This document shows, in pieces, positions 26,176 to 34,880 of a DNA stretch of 38,222 nt. Source of the DNA: a virus (taxonomy: Duplodnaviria; Caudoviricetes); the IMG/VR virus record IMGVR_UViG_3300045999_002339, positions 1 to 38,222 of that record; one strand, given 5' to 3'. The position numbers and the translations under genes are program-made. Below the pieces are notes generated by a model, which saw only the letters and a program-made list of their open reading frames with translations, was not told the DNA's origin and did no database searches. How positions within the stretch are numbered: the first letter of the stretch is position 1; every line of letters starts with the position of its first letter.

Positions 26176-26205
26176 AGTGTACCGCGTGGCGGGCACAGTC
26201 CGCAA
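26176..26205 (-). promoter_or_regulatory. Possible sigma70-like internal promoter
   Basis: Minus strand TTGCGG (26205-26200), 18 nt, TACACT (26181-26176) in a 38-nt intergenic gap. Confidence 0.35.
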
Positions 26206-26541
26206 CTATGAAACTTCGCGCCCGCTTGCGCGGATGTTGATGGCGCTTGCCGTGCCGGCGATTGTAGAGATGAACCCGCTAGGCGCAAGCATTTGACCGA
26301 CGATCTCAGGGAACGTGTACGTCTCCCCCGCTTGGATCGTCTTAGTCTTAACGATCAGGTTCTGGTTGCCAGCAGTGTCCGCGCCGGTCACCAAGTTCAC
26401 GCTGATCGTCGCAGCCGAGGCGCTGTAGTTCGTCGCGGTGAACTTGTCGATGATAGTAGTTACACCCAGCGCGACGTACTGCGTGGTCTGCGTGTTCTCG
26501 GCGGTCTTGGCCGGGACAAGAACTTTGACGGTGACTGTCAT
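26206..26541 (-). CDS. Small beta-rich tail-associated protein
   Basis: AAGGAGG SD; Thr-rich; follows the tailspike. Confidence 0.7.
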   Translation of the reverse strand: MTVTVKVLVPAKTAENTQTTQYVALGVTTIIDKFTATNYSASAATISVNLVTGADTAGNQNLIVKTKTIQAGETYTFPEIVGQMLAPSGFISTIAGTASAINIRASGREVS

Positions 26542-26550
26542 GTCGCCTCC

Positions 26551-28437
26551 TTACGGGAAACACTCTACGTTGCAAACGACGGACGAGTTGCCCGTGACGA
26601 CGTTGATGGTGAAGCCGTCAATATCATATGACGTCATGTTTGCAACCGCCAATGCCGTACCTGCGCTGTCTTTGATGTTAATGACGCCCGTATCGCCGCC
26701 GCCGCGCCGGCCAGAAGCATCTACCGAGCTAAAAATTACCGTGCCCGACGTGCCATCGTGCGTACCCACAGACGTAAACGCCTGCGTAGTTGACGTAAGC
26801 ACCGCAGTAATTCGCAAAGCGCGGGGGCGAAAACCGACGCCGGTAATGGATTGAGCCCCGGCCCCGGCGTTAAGGGTAAATTGGATGTATCGAAAGGGCG
26901 GCAACAGCGCGCCGTTGCGGTCATAGTTGTTCAGCGTGTAGCAACCCGTGCCAAACCGCGCCGCTGTCAGGTTGTAGTAGGTAGCGGTCTTCTGCTCGTT
27001 GAAGTCGTTGTTGTAGATGGCGACGTTGGTGCACGCCGCGCCGCTGCCACCAAAGCCAATCGCCGCGTACTGCGTCTTAGTGCCTTGACGGTCGCCAATG
27101 CGGTTGCCGTGGATCTGGATGTGATCGGGCTGATTCGGCGACGACGCGGTGCCAATGATAGTGATGCCATTCGGGAACGGGTAGTACGCTGTGTCTTGCC
27201 CGTTGTTAAAAATCATGTTGTCGGCAATTGTGACGTTCTGAACGTCCGAAAGGGCGATGCCTTCCGCACCGCACGAATCAATAGTGTTGCCCGTGATGAT
27301 GGAATACGGCGAACCCAACTCTATACCTGACGCAGAGATGTTTGATCGGGTAGCGCCGGTAATCGTGTTGTTCTCGATGCGAAGGTACGAGCCAGTGTCG
27401 TTGCAAAAAAGCGTGGACTCACCGTTGTCAACGCAGTTGTTGTTGGTGAACGAGCCTCTGGTCGGCATGAAGTACGCGGCAGACCAGTTGTTATCGCGGA
27501 AGTAATTGTTCTCTACGCGCGCGTCGTAGGGCGTACCCAGCACCGAGGTTGCGATCCAGAGCGCGGGCGCGCTGGTCGTAGACGGGATGGGCCGTCCGTT
27601 GTTGGTGAAGTAGCACTCCGTCACCACCATGTTGCTGTTGGCCGTCATAGCCAACGCAATGTATGTGTGGTTCTGGAAACTGCAGTTGGAGAACGTGACG
27701 TTCTGCACCTTGGCAACGGCGACAAGTTCGCCCGTGCGAGTGGAGTTGTTGTTGCCATCAAACGTCAGCCCGTAGAACTCCAAGTCGGTGTCGTAGTAGA
27801 CATTGACCGTACCTGAGATGATTTCGTTGCGGATCGCGGTCGTGCCTGCTCCGAACCCGGAGGTCAGCTTGATGATCGACTTGTTCATCCCCTCGCCGAT
27901 CAGCGTCGTCTTGGTCTTGACAAGCAGCGTGGTAGAGATGCGGTAGGTGCCCGCGGGGAAGTAGACGCTGCGCCCGGTGCCGGCGTTCAGCGCGTTCTGG
28001 ATCGCCGTGGTGTCGTCGGTAGACCCGTCGCCCGTGGCGCCAAAGTCCTTGACCGACAGCGTTTGACGCAAGCGCGTCTGCACGGTTGTCGCAACCGCGC
28101 CCGTGCCGGACTGAATAAAGCCGATCAGATTCGATCCACCTGACGCCGCCAGCGTGGTCAGCACCGAAATGGCGTTGATGTTGTCCACCGTCCAGATGTC
28201 TACGTCGGTGGCAGACGTCAGCCTGAGCTTGTACGATGCGTCGCCCAGCCACACAGACGCCTCGCCGCGACTGTCAAGAATGACGGGGTTGGCGTTGGCC
28301 GTTGCGCCCCCCGCGTCGGTGTAGGTGGCCAGCGGCGTGGTCGTGCCAGCCGCGTAGGAGTACAGTTTGCCGCCCACCAAAGGGTTGCCGTTGGCGTCAA
28401 AAAACTGTAGTTTCGGTGCTGGAGAGAGAGTGGCCAT
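26551..28437 (-). CDS. Tailspike: head-binding domain plus pectate-lyase-like beta-helix depolymerase
   Basis: QFFDANGNPLVGGKLY.Y.AGT.TP, SVKDFGA.GDG.TDDT.AIQ.A, VYFPAGTY, Asn-rich beta-helix repeats. Confidence 0.9.
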   Translation of the reverse strand: MATLSPAPKLQFFDANGNPLVGGKLYSYAAGTTTPLATYTDAGGATANANPVILDSRGEASVWLGDASYKLRLTSATDVDIWTVDNINAISVLTTLAASGGSNLIGFIQSGTGAVATTVQTRLRQTLSVKDFGATGDGSTDDTTAIQNALNAGTGRSVYFPAGTYRISTTLLVKTKTTLIGEGMNKSIIKLTSGFGAGTTAIRNEIISGTVNVYYDTDLEFYGLTFDGNNNSTRTGELVAVAKVQNVTFSNCSFQNHTYIALAMTANSNMVVTECYFTNNGRPIPSTTSAPALWIATSVLGTPYDARVENNYFRDNNWSAAYFMPTRGSFTNNNCVDNGESTLFCNDTGSYLRIENNTITGATRSNISASGIELGSPYSIITGNTIDSCGAEGIALSDVQNVTIADNMIFNNGQDTAYYPFPNGITIIGTASSPNQPDHIQIHGNRIGDRQGTKTQYAAIGFGGSGAACTNVAIYNNDFNEQKTATYYNLTAARFGTGCYTLNNYDRNGALLPPFRYIQFTLNAGAGAQSITGVGFRPRALRITAVLTSTTQAFTSVGTHDGTSGTVIFSSVDASGRRGGGDTGVINIKDSAGTALAVANMTSYDIDGFTINVVTGNSSVVCNVECFP

Positions 28438-28440
28438 TTG

Positions 28441-28977
28441 TTACCTCTGAACAAGAGTCATGGTAGGAGCCGCCACGTAGGTAGCGCGCAACCGATCGTT
28501 TGGCGAAAGCGTGAACATCCCATAGAAACTGCCGGTGCTGAAAAATGTAGCGCCGTCACGGGAAAACTCCAACAGACTGACGCCCCCGCCACTGACAATA
28601 ACGTCTACTGTATACCCAGTCTGGTTGATGTAGGTGAATGGCGAGCCAGACGGAGTAATACCCGTGGGGGGCGTTGTGTAGTTAGAAGTCTGTACAGGAA
28701 CAACCGGCGGCTGCGTGCCGATGTCTAGGTCCGCTCGCAAATTGCTGATGATAGCCAAGTAGTCAATGGATGGAAGCAGAGCGAACGACTGCGCAACAGT
28801 GCGTAGCCCTGCCTCCAACGAAGCCAGCGCAGACGCAACATTGGGGTCTGCGGTAAACGCCTTTTCATCGGCCACTACACGACGCAGTTGATCAAACCAC
28901 GCAAGCCATGCAGTAGTCAACCCACCCTGTGGGGTGGCTATAGGAATCTGTAGCGGGGGTGGGCTAATCATCTCCAC
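28441..28977 (-). CDS. Tail-associated protein
   Basis: PP...PI......LT.AW..WF motif typical of the gene after gp10; C-terminal SPFTY.N beta domain. Confidence 0.65.
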   Translation of the reverse strand: MEMISPPPLQIPIATPQGGLTTAWLAWFDQLRRVVADEKAFTADPNVASALASLEAGLRTVAQSFALLPSIDYLAIISNLRADLDIGTQPPVVPVQTSNYTTPPTGITPSGSPFTYINQTGYTVDVIVSGGGVSLLEFSRDGATFFSTGSFYGMFTLSPNDRLRATYVAAPTMTLVQR

Positions 28978-30403
28978 CCTCGATGTCTACACTACCAGAA
29001 GCCAGCACAAACTTGACGGGATCTGTAAGTGTCATCTCTACAACAAAGTCCCGTGCCGAGCCCAGCCTGCGCAAAATCACACGAGCACTGAACTCACCCA
29101 GCTTGCCGAGCGGCACCCAACGCTCATTTCCAAAAGTGTGACCTCCGTCTCTAGAAATGCGCAGCATTACTTGCGGGTCAACGCCCGGTGTAGGTTCCGC
29201 ACCACTGAGGCCAACGCCAGTCTCAAAATCAAGGAAAAGTTCAGAGATTGTAAACTCGTTCCCCTGATTACGAACGTGGCGTGTGACAACCTGCCGTTTA
29301 ATGGGGGTGCCGTTGTCGGTGCATGTGCCTGTGTTCAGCTCGTAGATACGGCCCGTTACTTCATCTGTGACGTAGTTGCGCCCATTAAACGTCACCCCGT
29401 ACTGCGCAAAGTGGCGTGCTGTCTCTGCAATGCCAGTCTGTGCCTCGTGCCAAATGGCAGTTTTCGTGTCGTAGGCAAATGACCTATTCTCTGTGGGAAA
29501 TGTGATCTGGTAAATCGGGTGCCCGTACACACTATATGTGAATGCTACTGCATCGTCAACGCGGCTGAACGATGAAAACAGCGTGTTGAGATCAGAGTCG
29601 CTAATCTCCTCAGGTATAAAACCATTCAACCGAATTACTGCGATGCCTCCGTCCGGGGAATAGCCGAGGAAGACATACGTGTTGCTCACTTCAACAGCAG
29701 AAAGAGTGGCAGCTAACCCCCAGCTCTGCGTAGCGCCGTTGATGCGTTGATACGGCAGGGGCACGGTACCTACGTCCTGCCAAAACTCAATAGACTGCTG
29801 GCCCCACAACACCAGCGCACCGTTCAAGTTGCCCACGCGCACCAGCAGGTCACTACTATTTTCCTTGGTGCCGGTGATGGGTAGCGAGCCGAGGTAGGTC
29901 CAGTTTAGTCCATCTAATAGCGCACTGACGTAAAACTCCCGTGTACCGGGCTTGTTAACGACAAAACGCCCATTGAGGAAAATAACAGAAGATGCCTCAG
30001 TGGGGAAGAACGCGGACGTAATGGTGGTGAGTGTAGCAGACCCCACCCCGTAGACGTAACCTGTGCTGCCTGTGACAATTATTATCTGGATGCTGTTGTC
30101 TGCAAGCTCAACGTGCCCGCTACCAGAAATTCCACTGGCTAAGGTCGTGTACACGCCTGCTGTGGATACTGAGTACAGCGTATCGCCCGCCACCACGTAC
30201 ATGGTGGTGCCAATTACGTGCCACCCCCGCACGGAGGACTTGGGCAGCGTAGTCCATACCGTACTACCGGGCGTGCCCAGCAGCACCACAGCGGAGCGGT
30301 CTTGGTCTTTGCGGATATCGTAAAGACAGTTAACCCGCCGCTGGCGGGTTACGATGTCCGATATTGCGCGGATACCAGTACCGAACAGTGGTATGGTACG
30401 CAC
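28964..30403 (-). CDS. Packaged DNA stabilisation / tail hub protein (P22 gp10-like)
   Basis: G..SIEFW, YQITFP....S..YD....WH, DPQVMLRISRDGGHTF.NE, G.LGE...R...RRLG.ARD.V; GTG start at 30403. Confidence 0.85.
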   Translation of the reverse strand: MRTIPLFGTGIRAISDIVTRQRRVNCLYDIRKDQDRSAVVLLGTPGSTVWTTLPKSSVRGWHVIGTTMYVVAGDTLYSVSTAGVYTTLASGISGSGHVELADNSIQIIIVTGSTGYVYGVGSATLTTITSAFFPTEASSVIFLNGRFVVNKPGTREFYVSALLDGLNWTYLGSLPITGTKENSSDLLVRVGNLNGALVLWGQQSIEFWQDVGTVPLPYQRINGATQSWGLAATLSAVEVSNTYVFLGYSPDGGIAVIRLNGFIPEEISDSDLNTLFSSFSRVDDAVAFTYSVYGHPIYQITFPTENRSFAYDTKTAIWHEAQTGIAETARHFAQYGVTFNGRNYVTDEVTGRIYELNTGTCTDNGTPIKRQVVTRHVRNQGNEFTISELFLDFETGVGLSGAEPTPGVDPQVMLRISRDGGHTFGNERWVPLGKLGEFSARVILRRLGSARDFVVEMTLTDPVKFVLASGSVDIEGGDD

Positions 30404-30404
30404 G

Positions 30405-31358
30405 TTAATCTTCCCCAGGCTGGAAGTACATTGTGGAACGCTCTGCGTCGCCCTGCCTAGCAATTAACAGCGCAGTATTCTTCAGCGCCTCCATCTTTGG
30501 AGACCACTGAGCCTTGAACATGGGGGCAATCTGCTCACTAAGGCCCCAGCACAGCGCCAAGTACCACTCTTGCGGGTAGTATGGATTATCCGCGTTTACA
30601 GTCATGTCTTGAATGGGTTCTTGGTACGTGATAACGATGTGGCTGCGGGTGTCTCCAGCACTGCCAACATCCGTGTACACTCTAGAAGTGCCAAGCCCAC
30701 GCTCAAAGTAGATAGCGGTTGGGTCGCCCGAGTACAAGGGGTCTGCCTTGTTGGGCAGATAGTCATAGTCTTGAACAGTTAGGATGTCTAGCGGGCTATC
30801 GGTGTTGTTGATGTCGCGCAGGATGGCGGTCTCAATATCTTTTGGATTTTGAGCCGCCACACTGTAGAAAAACACCGGATTGCCGCTGGCCGCGCTGCTG
30901 GAAAGCGGAACAGTCAAGTTGACAGTGCTACTTACCACGCTACTGACACCGGAGTAATGTAGCGCACCGTTGTCCAGGTATATGGCTACCGTGCTTGTTG
31001 TGGAAATGCCCGTGGCACTGTCAACAACAATTGCCGTAGCGGCTGCGATAGCCGACGCAGTGGTTGTGGTACTGTTGAGATCATTGGTCCACCCCTGCGC
31101 ACTGGGACCGATGGTATACGTGCCCGTACTGTTGCTGAGCAGCAGATGTCCCCGCTTGCGTGTCCATACCTTGAGTCCTGGGGCAAAGTCAGTTTTCCCC
31201 ATCCACTGCTTGCACAGCATGTTTAGCATGAACGTGCAGTCTTGCATTTCGTCCGCTGTGGGCTGCTCAACAGGGTCCAGCTTGCCGATATTCAGCATGG
31301 CTTGCCGTACGATGTCGTACTTCGTGACGCCGAATGAGTAGGTGCCGCTAGTCGCCAT
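30405..31358 (-). CDS. Head-tail adaptor (P22 gp4-like) with a Ser/Thr-rich insertion
   Basis: MATSGT..F, DIVRQAM..IG.L....PT..E..D....LN, YPQEWYLAL.WGL...IAP. Confidence 0.7.
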   Translation of the reverse strand: MATSGTYSFGVTKYDIVRQAMLNIGKLDPVEQPTADEMQDCTFMLNMLCKQWMGKTDFAPGLKVWTRKRGHLLLSNSTGTYTIGPSAQGWTNDLNSTTTTASAIAAATAIVVDSATGISTTSTVAIYLDNGALHYSGVSSVVSSTVNLTVPLSSSAASGNPVFFYSVAAQNPKDIETAILRDINNTDSPLDILTVQDYDYLPNKADPLYSGDPTAIYFERGLGTSRVYTDVGSAGDTRSHIVITYQEPIQDMTVNADNPYYPQEWYLALCWGLSEQIAPMFKAQWSPKMEALKNTALLIARQGDAERSTMYFQPGED

Positions 31359-31364
31359 AGGAAG

Positions 31365-32429
31365 TTACGCTGCTTTCTGTCGTGCGGACTCACAGCCGCG
31401 CAGTGCATTGTACACCGCACCCCAGGCTTGACCAATGGTGATATCTTTTTGACACTGTGCAGTGCCACTCTCGTCGTCACGAGTGCATGCGTTCCAGTTG
31501 TAGTGTAGTAGGTGGCATGCCGGAGCCGCATTGCTGCCCCTGCCCGCGCACGTAGTATTCTCGCTCCAGAGGGGGATGGTGTTGACCCAGTCACGGGTCA
31601 GGTTCTCGTGCGTGCTGTGTGACAAGAATACCACCTTAGCCATGGGTTCGCAAGCCATGGCGTTCATAGCTCCTGTCTCAGGACCAATGATTACATCTGC
31701 TTCAAGACAGAAGCTCAACGTCTCACGGATAGACCAGACTCCAGATTTTTTGAGGATGCGCGGTTCGTTCTCCCAACCAGCCTCCAGCAATACACAGTCA
31801 GGTCCCCCGGTGAGCACCACGCGTGCGGTGGGGAACTCTACAAGAATACTAGCCAGCACGTTGTCTAGGCCAGCCCAGGTCTTGTGTACACTGCTCCCCG
31901 CTAGTGACCACACCACCACCGGCCCCTCACCCAGCTTGGCATGTTCTCGCTTGGCCCACTTAACTTCATCAGCTGTGGGGTAGAACTTACTCTTAAAGAA
32001 GTACGGAATTTCTGCAATAGCATGCTGAAATTCTACGTAGTTTCTGTTCATCAAGCTATGGCGAACTTGGGGCGGGTACAGTGCCACCGTGCGGCCCTGC
32101 ATGCCCAGCAGCGTACCCTCCACCGACTCACTAAGGTTCACCCACTTGTCAAACTTCTTTTTCTGCCAGTTCCAGAAGTCCATCAGGTTGCCGTTGGGCA
32201 CTTGGTCCTTGTCGAAGAGCACCAAGTTGTCAATGTTGGGGTCGTGTAGTACGACGTCAGCCCCTGGCAAACTAGAGAACAGCGTGACGTGATAGCCCTG
32301 CGCCCTGAGCCCAGCCCACACGCTGCTAGCCTGCATAAGATCGCCAAAAGCGCCGTAGCGCACCACACAAGCAGTCTTTACGGGCTTGTCGTTCTTGTAG
32401 CTGAATCTGTGCGTGTATTTGTTGCTCAC
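31365..32429 (-). CDS. Glycosyltransferase family 9 (heptosyltransferase-like, GT-B fold)
   Basis: VVRYGAFGDLMQASSV..GLR, DPNID, S.HKTW, ADVIIGPETG.MN; C-terminal four-Cys cluster. Confidence 0.8.
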   Translation of the reverse strand: MSNKYTHRFSYKNDKPVKTACVVRYGAFGDLMQASSVWAGLRAQGYHVTLFSSLPGADVVLHDPNIDNLVLFDKDQVPNGNLMDFWNWQKKKFDKWVNLSESVEGTLLGMQGRTVALYPPQVRHSLMNRNYVEFQHAIAEIPYFFKSKFYPTADEVKWAKREHAKLGEGPVVVWSLAGSSVHKTWAGLDNVLASILVEFPTARVVLTGGPDCVLLEAGWENEPRILKKSGVWSIRETLSFCLEADVIIGPETGAMNAMACEPMAKVVFLSHSTHENLTRDWVNTIPLWSENTTCAGRGSNAAPACHLLHYNWNACTRDDESGTAQCQKDITIGQAWGAVYNALRGCESARQKAA

Positions 32430-32692
32430 CACTTCACCTTATCTGCCCAATATGCTGGAGACTCTTTACCCTTGGCAATGTTCTTAGCGTGCCGCGCCTT
32501 GAATGACTCACGGCGCTTGCGCTCGGCTTCAGACTCACCCTCTTTCCTTGGGCTACCGCTAACGCCCTGTTGCCCAAAGCGAACTACCTTCTCTTTGCCG
32601 TCCCAACACGCTTTTACCACGTGGCTCTTGGTGGGGTGCCCCGGCGTGCGTTGAGGCTTATTGCACGCCATGTCGGCTTTTTTAGTAGCCAC
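32426..32692 (-). CDS. Small basic conserved phage protein
   Basis: NKP.RTP.HP.KSHVVKA..GKEK..RFGQQG...SFKARH...YWA.KVKW. Confidence 0.75.
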   Translation of the reverse strand: MATKKADMACNKPQRTPGHPTKSHVVKACWDGKEKVVRFGQQGVSGSPRKEGESEAERKRRESFKARHAKNIAKGKESPAYWADKVKW

Positions 32693-32879
32693 TCTTCTTC
32701 TTCCTCATCACATCAAGCGTCTGAGCAAGGCGGGCACGCTGGCCCATCTTTCCTGGCTTCTTAGCTGCGGCAGCCAGTTCCTCTTGAGGAATGTTCTCAC
32801 CACGCTTGATACCAAGCGACTTGCGCAAAGCACCAGGGCGCTCAATGGCCTCACCAATCCAATACTGCTGCTTAGGCAC
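32682..32879 (-). CDS. Small basic conserved phage protein
   Basis: AAGGAG SD before GTG 32879; WI..AI.RPGALRK.LG.K.GE.IP...L..AAK.PGK.G.RARLAQTL. Confidence 0.75.
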   Translation of the reverse strand: MPKQQYWIGEAIERPGALRKSLGIKRGENIPQEELAAAAKKPGKMGQRARLAQTLDVMRKKKSGY

Positions 32880-33048
32880 GTTTCTTCTCCTTTGCTGCAT
32901 TCATGTTGTCGACAAGATTGGGGTAGGGCCTGCCCGCCGCCTTGGCCGTGCGCTTGGCCTTAGACCTTTGCTCCGCACTCAGGGGCTTGGATGGACCAAG
33001 GTCTTTGCGGCGGGGTACTTCCCACACAGGCTTTTCAGACTTTTTCAT
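32872..33048 (-). CDS. 58-aa basic protein absent from the ORF track
   Basis: Manual translation MKKSEKPVWEVPRRKDLGPSKPLSAEQRSKAKRTAKAAGRPYPNLVDNMNAAKEKKRA; ATGA-coupled to the methyltransferase stop. Confidence 0.75.
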   Translation of the reverse strand: MKKSEKPVWEVPRRKDLGPSKPLSAEQRSKAKRTAKAAGRPYPNLVDNMNAAKEKKRA

Positions 33049-33566
33049 AGCTTCTTGAATATGAAAAGTAGACTGTACTCGTCGTCTTCATTGCGTTTTT
33101 GGAAGTCCACCAAGTCCCACGAACCAACAAGGCGCATGGCGTCAACCACACGGTCGTAGTTCACGTTCCACTTGTGGTCGGGGTTGGCACCTGGGTCTCC
33201 AACTTTGGGATACTCGTCCTCATCGGGCAGGTACAGAATCAGGTATCCGCCCTGCTTGATCACGCGGAACCACTCCTTGAGTGCTGCTGCATAGTCTGTA
33301 ATGTGCTCCAGCGTGTGGCTGCTGTACGCAAAGTCCATGCTTTGGCTTGCAAACATGTCCAGCTTGGTAGCGTCCTCGCACATAATGTCTGGCCTAACAC
33401 TAAAGCCAAACTGTGCGTGGTGCATATTGTCCACACTAATAGCGTGGGGCAGCACCTTGAAGTCGCCCGCACCAATGTCCAGGCCACGGCCCCGCAGGTA
33501 GGGGGTAACTTCCCACACCACCTTCTTTGACTCCGCCTTGTACGGCGCACTGGCAGACCACACCAT
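33045..33566 (-). CDS. Class I SAM-dependent methyltransferase (Methyltransf_11-like)
   Basis: GLDIGAG, SMDFAYSSHTLEH and EWFRVIKQGGYLILYLP motifs. Confidence 0.85.
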   Translation of the reverse strand: MVWSASAPYKAESKKVVWEVTPYLRGRGLDIGAGDFKVLPHAISVDNMHHAQFGFSVRPDIMCEDATKLDMFASQSMDFAYSSHTLEHITDYAAALKEWFRVIKQGGYLILYLPDEDEYPKVGDPGANPDHKWNVNYDRVVDAMRLVGSWDLVDFQKRNEDDEYSLLFIFKKL

Positions 33567-33568
33567 AA

Positions 33569-33922
33569 TTACAGAGCTCCAACTTCCTCAGGCAACTTCC
33601 ACATAGTTGCCTTGTTGTACGAGAATTTTACCACCCCCAGCAAGGCAGCAGCCTTGCTGACGGAATCCCAGGACTGGTTGTTTTCCTCTGCAACCTTGTA
33701 CACCGCAGACTTTGATAGGGGACCACTCTTCAAAATGTTGAGCAAAAAGAGCCGCCCACTGTCTACTTGATCCGTCTCAATCACTAGGTCGGGCTGAACA
33801 GGAGCAGCCTTCGGCGCATCGATAAGCTCTCCACGGACATTGAACAGTAGCCCGTTTTGTTCAAACTTGGCTACCTTATGTCCAACGATAGTGCCAAAAG
33901 GTTTGGTCCTGTCCAATTTCAC
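33569..33922 (-). CDS. Hypothetical protein
   Basis: GAGG SD, GTG start, tight packing with neighbours. Confidence 0.65.
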   Translation of the reverse strand: MKLDRTKPFGTIVGHKVAKFEQNGLLFNVRGELIDAPKAAPVQPDLVIETDQVDSGRLFLLNILKSGPLSKSAVYKVAEENNQSWDSVSKAAALLGVVKFSYNKATMWKLPEEVGAL

Positions 33923-33923
33923 T

Positions 33924-34226
33924 TTACATCCTCGACATCATGTTGTTACGGGGAACAAGGTACTCCGGCTGTCCAAAGTCAATGTCCACCACCACGCCCT
34001 CCATACCATTCATACGGAGCTTGCGGTAGCCCATGTCCATCTCTGTGACGGTACCGGGCTGTTCAAACATGCAGTCAGGTGGCGCTTGATATGCGTACTG
34101 CGCAGTGTTGGTGGGGACGCGGCGGGCGCTGGCAACATCTGCCCAGGCCTCACCTCCGTCAGCGCGGCCAGAAACCGTGAGCTGATTGTTTTTCTCTTGA
34201 AGGAACATCATTTGTTGAATCTCCAT
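33924..34226 (-). CDS. Hypothetical protein (start may be about 15 nt downstream)
   Basis: Tight packing; GGAG SD precedes the internal MMFLQEK. Confidence 0.6.
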   Translation of the reverse strand: MEIQQMMFLQEKNNQLTVSGRADGGEAWADVASARRVPTNTAQYAYQAPPDCMFEQPGTVTEMDMGYRKLRMNGMEGVVVDIDFGQPEYLVPRNNMMSRM

Positions 34227-34227
34227 G

Positions 34228-34257
34228 GGAATAAAGGGGGCACGCAGCCCCCTTTAT
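34228..34257 (-). terminator. Intrinsic terminator after the capsid genes
   Basis: Perfect inverted repeat ATAAAGGGGGC-N5-GCCCCCTTTAT (34231-34257); minus strand ends TTTATT. Confidence 0.8.
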
Positions 34258-34276
34258 AGTCTAACGCACTGAATGC

Positions 34277-34465
34277 TTAGTACCCATCACCAGGGTACGA
34301 AACATCAACCAGCTTGACCATCTTCATGTCTCGGATGTCAGCCATCGGCTGGTTCGAGATGTCATAGCCCGGAGGCATGACATTGAACTTGGTCATGTCG
34401 CCGTCTTGAGTACCCTTCTTGTCGATGTACCCAGAGGTCTGGAACCCAGACATTTCTTTTTCCAT
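34277..34465 (-). CDS. Small hypothetical protein in the capsid operon
   Basis: AAGGAG SD; lies between the decoration gene and the terminator. Confidence 0.6.
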   Translation of the reverse strand: MEKEMSGFQTSGYIDKKGTQDGDMTKFNVMPPGYDISNQPMADIRDMKMVKLVDVSYPGDGY

Positions 34466-34482
34466 TGCCACGGCTGTTCTCC

Positions 34483-34863
34483 TTAGTAATTGAACTCAGC
34501 GCCCGGAACCACTTGCAGTTCCACGCCCACGCCGTAGACGGCGGTGGCGTCGGTGCCCTTGGCGATTCCAAGAACGTCACCACGCGCCAGGGTAAACGTG
34601 CTGAGCACGTTGGTGGCCGTCAAGATACCAGAGCCGATGGTAGTCAGCACTTGCGTGGTGGTGGCGGTGCCCGAGTAGCGGAAGGCAGTGACCACATCGT
34701 TGCTGGTGCCAGCCGTGGTTGCTTTGATGGTGATGGACCGCACGATGGTGTCGGTAAACGCGGCGAACTTTGCAGTCGCAGCGCTAGCGCCCGTCATGTT
34801 GAAGCCCAGCGGCAGCACTGCCTGATAAGGCGGTGCGTCATAGGACATGCTTCTCAATGCCAT
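34483..34863 (-). CDS. Putative capsid decoration protein (Thr/Ala-rich)
   Basis: AGGAGG SD; immediately downstream of the major capsid gene; beta-rich. Confidence 0.65.
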   Translation of the reverse strand: MALRSMSYDAPPYQAVLPLGFNMTGASAATAKFAAFTDTIVRSITIKATTAGTSNDVVTAFRYSGTATTTQVLTTIGSGILTATNVLSTFTLARGDVLGIAKGTDATAVYGVGVELQVVPGAEFNY

Positions 34864-34880
34864 GATTCAGTTCCTCCTAA

